Assembly: GCA_947084945.1 (NCBI GenBank)
Contig: CAMTUP010000005.1
Location: forward strand, 12,535-76,534
Source: an uncultured Ignavibacteria bacterium
GTDB taxonomy: Bacteria; Bacteroidota; Ignavibacteria; Tepidaquicellales; OLB5
Reading direction: 5' to 3'
DNA: 64,000 bases
Made by a program: the position numbers and the translations under genes. The notes beneath the pieces were generated by a model, which saw only the letters and a list, made by a program, of their open reading frames with translations, was not told where the DNA came from and made no database searches. Of this stretch, positions 55,287 through 61,779 are shown piece after piece (positions within the stretch are counted from its first letter, which is position 1; the number at the start of each line of letters is the position of its first letter).

Positions 55287-57343
55287 ATAATCACTGGTTT
55301 TTCAATTCCAATAGAATTCAAAAATTTTCCGGAAAAACTAATAATCCTGCAAACCAAACTATCTCGGTTTTTGTATTCAATTGTATAATCCATGATAGGA
55401 TTTACAGCATAATAATCATATTTTTTAATATTTTCAACACTTAATTTTTCAAACAAACTTTCTATTTCTGTTACCATATCAAAAGTATCAAAATTTCGCT
55501 GTTTTTGGGTAAATGACGTAAAGTCATAATCACCTGCCATAGCCAAAATTAAACATTTACTTTCTGAAATGTTACCATGTTCATCATATTTAAATGAGTT
55601 ACCGGTTTCGAATAATTTGAGAGAATTATTGAAGTTTTCAAAATTCAGTTTAATTACATCAAACAAGCCAACATAAATATTACTGCGTAAAACATTCATT
55701 TTATCACTTGAGGGATTTATGAGCTTGATATATGATTCATCTATTTTCTTTTGGAAATTTTCATCAACAATTGTATTTGTGATAACTTCCTTAAATCCCC
55801 TGCCAACAATATACTTTCTGATATTCATTATCATATCATACTGTTTCCCAGAAAAATCACGTGTATCAAGATACAAATCGGAATATTCAGGTATTATAAT
55901 TTTATCATAACCATCGAGCCTTAAAACTTCTTCTATCAGATCAATTTCACGGGTTAGGTCTTCTCTGCGTGATTGAGGAATTTCAAATTCAAGACTTTCA
56001 TTGCTATTATTTAAACAATTAATTCCGATTCTACCAAGTAGTTCTTTAACAGTATCAGAATAATATTCTATTCCAGCAATTCTGTTAAGATGAGAAAGCC
56101 TGAGCGAAACATTAAGTTTTTCAAATTTTACAGGATACTTATCAATAAAGCCATTAACTATTTTTCCACCGCTAAGCTCAGCAATAAGTTCAGCAGCGCG
56201 TTTGCAAGCCCACTCGGTTTTTTCTATATCAACCCCGCGCTCGAACCTGTATGATGAATCAGATTGCAGGCCGAGAAATTTTGATGAAAGTCTGGTTGCA
56301 ACAGGATCGAAATAAGCACTTTCAATGAAAACATTTATTGTATTATAGTTGATCTCAGAGTTTTGACCGCCCATTATTCCAGCCAATGCCAGAGGCTTTT
56401 CACCATCGCAAATTAACAAAACATCATCGCGCAGATTTCTTTTTTTACCGTCAAGAGTTATGAAATTTTTAATTCCACGGGCATTCTTGACAATTATTTT
56501 CTTTTCTGAAATGCTATCATAATCAAAAGCATGAAGCGGCTGAGAGCATTCCATCATGATATAATTGGTAATATCAACTATGTTGTTGATGGGTCTAAGG
56601 CCTATTGAAGTAATGCATGTTTTCAGCCAATCAGGTGATTCTTTGATTGTGATACCTTCAACCATAGTTCCGCAATATCTTATGCAGCCTTTGGTATTTT
56701 CAATATTTACACAAATTTTATTGTCAATTTCATTTCCATCAAAGTTTGATTTAATTTCAGGTTCTTTAACTTTATTACCTGTTAATGCGCCAAGCTCACG
56801 TGCCACACCTAAATGTGAAAGCAAATCTCCCCTATTTGGTGTAATGCCTATTTCAAATATTATATCATCCTGTTTAAGATATTTTGAAAAGGGAGTTCCT
56901 ACAGCTAAATCAGTATCAAGAACCATAATACCTGAATGGTCTTCGCCAAGCTCAAGTTCGTTTACTGAACAAATCATACCTTCAGATGCTTCGCCTCTTA
57001 GTTTAGCTTTTTTAATTTCAAAACCACCATTTGGAACAATGGCTCCTACAAGCGCTACGCAAACAGTCTGACCAGAATCAACATTAGGCGCACCGCAAAC
57101 GATATTCAGAATTTCACCTGTGCCAGCATCGACCTTGCAAACGCTTAATTTATCAGCATTTGGGTGTTTAACACGCTCAATAACTTTACCAATGACAAAA
57201 TTTTTGAGTCTTTCTTCCTGATTTTCAACACTTTCAACTTCAATGCCAAGATCAGTAAGCCCCTTAACCAAGTCATCAACTGAAAGAGAAATATCAATAT
57301 AATTCCGTAACCAATTCAGTGAAATTTTCATATTTTGCCCCAA
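55268..57343 (-). CDS. pheT: phenylalanine--tRNA ligase beta subunit, N-terminal 691 aa (frameshifted gene)
   Basis: MKISLNWLRNYID, tRNA-binding OB domain, B3/B4 and B5 domains. Ends ...KPVIICEIPF* where intact PheT proteins continue. Confidence 0.93.
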   Translation of the reverse strand: MGQNMKISLNWLRNYIDISLSVDDLVKGLTDLGIEVESVENQEERLKNFVIGKVIERVKHPNADKLSVCKVDAGTGEILNIVCGAPNVDSGQTVCVALVGAIVPNGGFEIKKAKLRGEASEGMICSVNELELGEDHSGIMVLDTDLAVGTPFSKYLKQDDIIFEIGITPNRGDLLSHLGVARELGALTGNKVKEPEIKSNFDGNEIDNKICVNIENTKGCIRYCGTMVEGITIKESPDWLKTCITSIGLRPINNIVDITNYIMMECSQPLHAFDYDSISEKKIIVKNARGIKNFITLDGKKRNLRDDVLLICDGEKPLALAGIMGGQNSEINYNTINVFIESAYFDPVATRLSSKFLGLQSDSSYRFERGVDIEKTEWACKRAAELIAELSGGKIVNGFIDKYPVKFEKLNVSLRLSHLNRIAGIEYYSDTVKELLGRIGINCLNNSNESLEFEIPQSRREDLTREIDLIEEVLRLDGYDKIIIPEYSDLYLDTRDFSGKQYDMIMNIRKYIVGRGFKEVITNTIVDENFQKKIDESYIKLINPSSDKMNVLRSNIYVGLFDVIKLNFENFNNSLKLFETGNSFKYDEHGNISESKCLILAMAGDYDFTSFTQKQRNFDTFDMVTEIESLFEKLSVENIKKYDYYAVNPIMDYTIEYKNRDSLVCRIISFSGKFLNSIGIEKPVIICEIPF

Positions 57344-57450
57344 AAGGGGCTCCTTTGGAGCAAATATACTTAAGCGAAGTTTAAGTATAAAGGAATGAAT
57401 TTATGCAATTTTGGAGGGTAAATTTGCATACACAAAAATAATTAAGAAGA

Positions 57451-57550
57451 TATTCGTGCTACGAAAAAAGTTTCTTTAATAATAAATCTTATTTTTGAAA
57501 TATACAATTCTTTAGACACAACGAGAACTATATTCGTGGCACGAAAAACT
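57451..57550 (+). repeat. family-E degenerate copy (two TATTCGTGSYACGAAAAA units)
   Basis: tattcgtgctacgaaaaaagtttcttt at 57451 and tattcgtggcacgaaaaac at 57531. The latter contains the perfect palindrome TTCGTG-G-CACGAA. Confidence 0.5.
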
Positions 57551-58007
57551 AGAATATAAAAGTTTCTTTTACCCTTTCAGATCGTTTTAAATAAATTATT
57601 ATCACAATTGCTATAGCATTACTGAATGCAATTTTTTGCAATATAATTGAGGGATCGTTTGAAAGGTTACTAAAAAGTATATATGATGTTGACTCAACAA
57701 CAATTTTGGCAACAAGATAGATTATCATATATAAAGGGAAATTTATGTTCCTTTTATAAAAAAAATAAAAAACTACAAATGTGAGAAAAGCAAATACAAG
57801 ACTTGAGGCAAGCTCGTAATATACAAATACGTTAAGAAGAACCGCATCGGTCTGAGGTTTTTCTTTGATTAAAACATCCTTTTCACCCAGCAATTTATAA
57901 AAATATTGAAGATTACTAACCCAGCTAATAGCATTTAAGATAATAAAAATCTGAATAGCTATCAACCAGCCTCCAAGTGTTCTTGTATTGATCTCTTTTT
58001 TTTCCAT
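57549..58007 (-). CDS. hypothetical membrane protein
   Basis: 152 aa with four hydrophobic segments. Confidence 0.5.
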   Translation of the reverse strand: MEKKEINTRTLGGWLIAIQIFIILNAISWVSNLQYFYKLLGEKDVLIKEKPQTDAVLLNVFVYYELASSLVFAFLTFVVFYFFYKRNINFPLYMIIYLVAKIVVESTSYILFSNLSNDPSIILQKIAFSNAIAIVIIIYLKRSERVKETFIF

Positions 58008-58160
58008 TTACAAAGATAAATAAATACCAAATAAAAAAGACATCTTAAATTAAGATGCCTTGAAGTTTTTTTTGATTGCAATGAATGCTTACCTTTATGA
58101 TAACAATGTACATCAACCACATCTTAGGTGGGTAAGTGCAGTTGTTACAATCAAAAGATA

Positions 58161-58366
58161 ATCGTGCCACGAGGATATTTTTGTCATATTCTCTTACTCG
58201 TTCCACGAAATTAGTTTCTATAAATATTTACTTACTTTTGCAGAATACCTTGTTTTTTCCAAATTCACGATTACTCTATTCGTGGCACGAGGATCTTTGG
58301 CATACTCTCTTACTCTTTCCTCTCCGAAGTCCAAATGACCTTTACGGGAGTCCTTTGGACAACTTG
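58161..58366 (+). repeat. family-E element (~205 bp) immediately 3' of T9SS gene 58367-59899
   Basis: Collinear with 60133-60299. Carries two CGTGSCACGAGGAT...CTCTTACTC-TTCC sub-repeats and a shared core ccacgaaattagtttctataaatatttacttac. Has an extra ~40-bp hairpin insert (gtccaaa...tttggac) at 58321-58360. Confidence 0.85.
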
Positions 58367-59899
58367 CTATTTAATTAGTGTCATGCGTTTTGTTTCAGAG
58401 TAATCAACTGTAATTAATTTATCCGAATGGATCGCTATGCGATAAAAATAAACCCCGCTTGGATAGTTTGCTGCATCGAATTCAACTTCATACTTTCCTG
58501 CTTGTAATTGTTCATTTACCAATGTTGCAACTTCACGACCGAGAATATCATACACAGACAGGAATGTCTGTGCTACTAATGTACCGCTTATAGCGAAGCG
58601 TATTTTTGTGCTTGGATTAAATGGATTTGGATAATTTTGAGATAAAGAAAACTCCTTCGGTATCTCTGAACCAATATTTGTTATACCAATAGGATTACCA
58701 GTAGGGTCACGCTTATAATATATCTCAACGTTCCCATCACGATTGTCCCGCCACACAATATGCACAGCTGAACCGGATACTGCAACAGAAGGATAGTATG
58801 AATCAGCCGCGTTATTCGTCAGCCGTGTATCTGCACTCCAGCTTATGCCTCCATCTGTAGAGCGTTTGTAGTATATCTCCTCGTTCCCATCACGATTGTC
58901 ATACCATACAACATGCACAGCTGAACCGGATAATGCAACAGAAGGCGCCCATGAAACAGCAGTGTTATTCGTCAGCCGTGTATCTGTACCCCAGTTTATG
59001 CCAGCATCTGTTGAGCGTTTGTAGTATATCTCCCAGTTCCCATCACGTAAGTCATACCATACAACATGCACAGCTAAAGCCGGGGCTTGACCGGATACTG
59101 CAACAGAAGAAATACCTGAATTAAAATTGTTGTTTGTCAGCCGTGTATCTGCACCCCAGCTTATGCCTCCATCTGTAGAGCGTTTGTAGTATATCTGTGA
59201 ATTCCCATTACGCTCGTCCACAAATGTAACATACACAGCTAAAGCCGGGGCCTGAGCGGATACTGCAACAGAAGGACAGAGTGAATTAGCGAAGTTATTC
59301 GTCAACCTTGTATCTGCACCCCAGTTTATGCCTCCATCTGTAGAGCGTTTGTAGTATATCTCAGGTTTCCCATTACGATTGTCATTCCATACAACATGCA
59401 CAACTGAACCGGATACTGTGACAGAAGGATGAAATGAAGTAGCAGTGTTATTTGTTAGCCGTGTGTCTGCTCCCCAGCTTAGGCCTCCGTCTGCCGAGCG
59501 TTTGTAGTATATCTCAGAGTTCCCATCACGCTCGTCCACCCATACAACATGCACAGCTAAAGCCGGGGCTTGAGCTGATACTGCAACAGAAGGATAGTAT
59601 GAATCAGCCGCGTTATTCGTCAGCCGTGTATCTGCACTCCAGCTTATGCCTCCATCTGTAGAGCGTTTGTAGTATATCTCAGGGTTCCCATCACGATTGT
59701 CATACCATACAACATGAACCGAATTCCCGCTTGATGCTATACACCAGGCATTATTCGAAGATATATATGAAAAAGCAGGGTCATTGGTTAGCCGCACATC
59801 CGGCTGCCACTGGGCAAAACAATCCCGAGTACTCGGAATTACCAATGTGCAATGAACAATTAAAAAAAGAAATATTATTTTTTGTGACATTAGTTTCAT
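58367..59899 (-). CDS. T9SS CTD protein built of ~8 BNR/Asp-box blade repeats
   Basis: 510 aa. Unit DTRLTNN.A.S..PSVAVSG..VHVVW.D.RDGN.EIYYKRS.DGG.SW repeats about every 53 aa. CTD QNYPNPFNPST. Confidence 0.85.
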   Translation of the reverse strand: MKLMSQKIIFLFLIVHCTLVIPSTRDCFAQWQPDVRLTNDPAFSYISSNNAWCIASSGNSVHVVWYDNRDGNPEIYYKRSTDGGISWSADTRLTNNAADSYYPSVAVSAQAPALAVHVVWVDERDGNSEIYYKRSADGGLSWGADTRLTNNTATSFHPSVTVSGSVVHVVWNDNRNGKPEIYYKRSTDGGINWGADTRLTNNFANSLCPSVAVSAQAPALAVYVTFVDERNGNSQIYYKRSTDGGISWGADTRLTNNNFNSGISSVAVSGQAPALAVHVVWYDLRDGNWEIYYKRSTDAGINWGTDTRLTNNTAVSWAPSVALSGSAVHVVWYDNRDGNEEIYYKRSTDGGISWSADTRLTNNAADSYYPSVAVSGSAVHIVWRDNRDGNVEIYYKRDPTGNPIGITNIGSEIPKEFSLSQNYPNPFNPSTKIRFAISGTLVAQTFLSVYDILGREVATLVNEQLQAGKYEVEFDAANYPSGVYFYRIAIHSDKLITVDYSETKRMTLIK

Positions 59900-60035
59900 T
59901 TTATTCTCCTTTGAATTTTATTTTATTATATATGAAATTATAAATAATACTTGTTTATATTATTGCAAATTTACTTTTAAATATGTACTTAAACAATTTA
60001 TAAAGGAATATAAAAAAAATAAACTGCCAACTTTC

Positions 60036-60135
60036 AATCCCGCTAAGCAACTAATCCGCCGTGGCGGACAGGAAAAAGCGGGACTGCAATAAAGCGCAAA
60101 AAGCAAAAGTCGTAGCCAAGGCTCAAAGACTCAAA
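60036..60135 (+). repeat. family-C GC-rich composite element, fused to family-E copy
   Basis: aatcccgctaagcaactaatccgccgtggcggacaggaaaaagcgggactgcaataaagcgcaaaaagcaaaagtcgtagccaaggctc... Confidence 0.65.
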
Positions 60136-60299
60136 GTGGCACGAGGATCTTTGGTATATTCTCTTACTCGTTCCACGAAATTAGTTTCTATAAATATTTA
60201 CTTACGTTGCAGAATATCTTGTATTTTCCAAATTCACGATTACTCTATTCGTGGCACTAGGATATTTTTACAAACTCTTTTTACTCTTTCTTAAACTTG
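60133..60299 (+). repeat. family-E element (~165 bp) immediately 3' of T9SS gene 60300-61568
   Basis: Long near-identical runs with 58161-58366, for example attctcttactcgttccacgaaattagtttctataaatatttacttac. Confidence 0.85.
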
Positions 60300-61568
60300 T
60301 TATTTAATTAGTACCATGCGTTTTGTTTCAGAGTAATCACCTGAAATTAACTTATAATAATAAGTACCGCTGGAAATATCTGAGGCATTGAAGTTAATTT
60401 TATATTTTCCTGCAACTAATTCTGAGTTTATGAGTGAATTTACTTCTCTGCCTAGAGCATCATAAATAGCAAGCTTAACAAATCCTGATTTTGGCATAGA
60501 AAATTCAATCCATGTATTTGGATTGAACGGATTTGGATAATTCTGTTTCAACTCAAATTTTTCGGGAATTTCGTTTGATACCGGTATAATTCCAACTAGG
60601 TATGTACCTTTAGAAATTCCGCCATTAGACCTTACTGCATAGTATGTGATATTATCAGCACGATTTTTGGTAACATGCCTGTAGTTTCCCGCAGGTGCTG
60701 TATATGATGTTGACCATGATGCACCATTATCGGGGCTAAAATAAATTACTGTAGCCTGCCTTGTAACAATCCATTGGTTAGCAAATCCTGTTATACCTGA
60801 AATACTTGCTGTTCCCGGTAATGCTGCTGCAGGATTTACCCAGTTAGTTCCTCCATTTGAAGTATAAAGTATAGCTGTTCCACCTGTCATTCCCATTAAC
60901 GGCGAATTAAACCAAATTGCATATGAATTTAATTGTCCTGTAGTTGGTTGTGTTATCCAACTAACAAGATTAAGACTCTTATAAACTCTTGTGTTGTTTG
61001 TCCCGAACCAAACGCCGGCTGCAGCATCAAAGAAAAATGAATTATTCCATCCGGCTTCGCTTCCAACTGCAGGCAAATAAAAACTGGCTGAATCCCATGT
61101 CATACCGCCTGTAGTTGTGCCCCAAAGCGACCACCTGCCTCCAACGGGATCACCCATCATAAATCCAGCAAATGAATTACCCATCTGAACGGAATTAATA
61201 AAGCCGCCGGTTTCAGTAAACACTTGAGTCCAGTTAGCCCCTCCGTTAGATGTACGGAAAAGAAATGAGGAAGCACCTGACCCTGCAACCAAAGCTGTAA
61301 CAGAATCAATTGCATATATGCTGTGCAGGTCTAAAGTACCCGGAATTGGAGCTGAGTTTACACTAACCCAAGTTATGCCGCCGTTTGTTGTGCGAAGAAC
61401 TTTGCCTGCATAACCGCAAGCCCAAACATGATTGGTATTAACAGCCGAAACTGATGTAAGCTGTGTGGTAAGACCGCTTGATTGCTCAACCCAACTGATA
61501 GGTTGTGAGAAAGTTGTAATTACTGATAATAATAAAACAAATAATAAAGTAAAAAGTTTAAATTTCAT
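60300..61568 (-). CDS. T9SS CTD protein with BNR/Ycf48-like beta-propeller
   Basis: 422 aa. Motifs TTNGGITW, TSNGGANW, TTTGGMTW, TSNGGTNW. CTD QNYPNPFNPNT. Confidence 0.8.
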   Translation of the reverse strand: MKFKLFTLLFVLLLSVITTFSQPISWVEQSSGLTTQLTSVSAVNTNHVWACGYAGKVLRTTNGGITWVSVNSAPIPGTLDLHSIYAIDSVTALVAGSGASSFLFRTSNGGANWTQVFTETGGFINSVQMGNSFAGFMMGDPVGGRWSLWGTTTGGMTWDSASFYLPAVGSEAGWNNSFFFDAAAGVWFGTNNTRVYKSLNLVSWITQPTTGQLNSYAIWFNSPLMGMTGGTAILYTSNGGTNWVNPAAALPGTASISGITGFANQWIVTRQATVIYFSPDNGASWSTSYTAPAGNYRHVTKNRADNITYYAVRSNGGISKGTYLVGIIPVSNEIPEKFELKQNYPNPFNPNTWIEFSMPKSGFVKLAIYDALGREVNSLINSELVAGKYKINFNASDISSGTYYYKLISGDYSETKRMVLIK

Positions 61569-61693
61569 ATTACCCCCTATGGTACCAAAGAAATCTGTTT
61601 AGATTATAAAATTAACAACAATATATTTTCATATTTGGGATTTTGCAATACTGTTAATTGGGGATATGGGGTTTTAGGTTTAATTAATTGAAG

Positions 61694-61741
61694 CAAAAAC
61701 CTGTCAGGTCTTAAAGAACTAAAGTCTTACCTGACAGGTTT
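61694..61741 (-). terminator. rho-independent terminator after gene 61780-64000
   Basis: Perfect 13-bp inverted repeat AAACCTGTCAGGT / ACCTGACAGGTTT. On the minus strand it is followed by TTTTTGC. Confidence 0.8.
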
Positions 61742-61779
61742 AGGTAATTAGTGTCAAAGCTGGAATTCAAAAGAGATCA

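Noticed and set aside
58278-58300. TGGCACG in family-E repeats considered as a sigma-54 (-24/-12) promoter
   Set aside because: The downstream GC element (TTGGCA) is 3-4 nt too far from the GG for the TGGCACG-N4-TTGC spacing. The motif is better explained as half of the CGTG-S-CACG palindrome.
58136-58378. Track ORFs 58136-58378 and 60061-60294 (80 and 77 aa)
   Set aside because: They are translations of the two family-E repeat copies, which explains their shared SLTRSTKLVSINIYL peptide. They more plausibly reflect repeat conservation than a gene. There is no credible RBS or start context, and the frames are interrupted differently in the two copies.
58367-59899. Diversity-generating retroelement (template/variable repeat) explanation for the near-identical internal repeats
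   Set aside because: No reverse transcriptase ORF is present anywhere in the window. The differences between repeat units are not adenine-specific and include indels, which is consistent with ordinary blade duplication.
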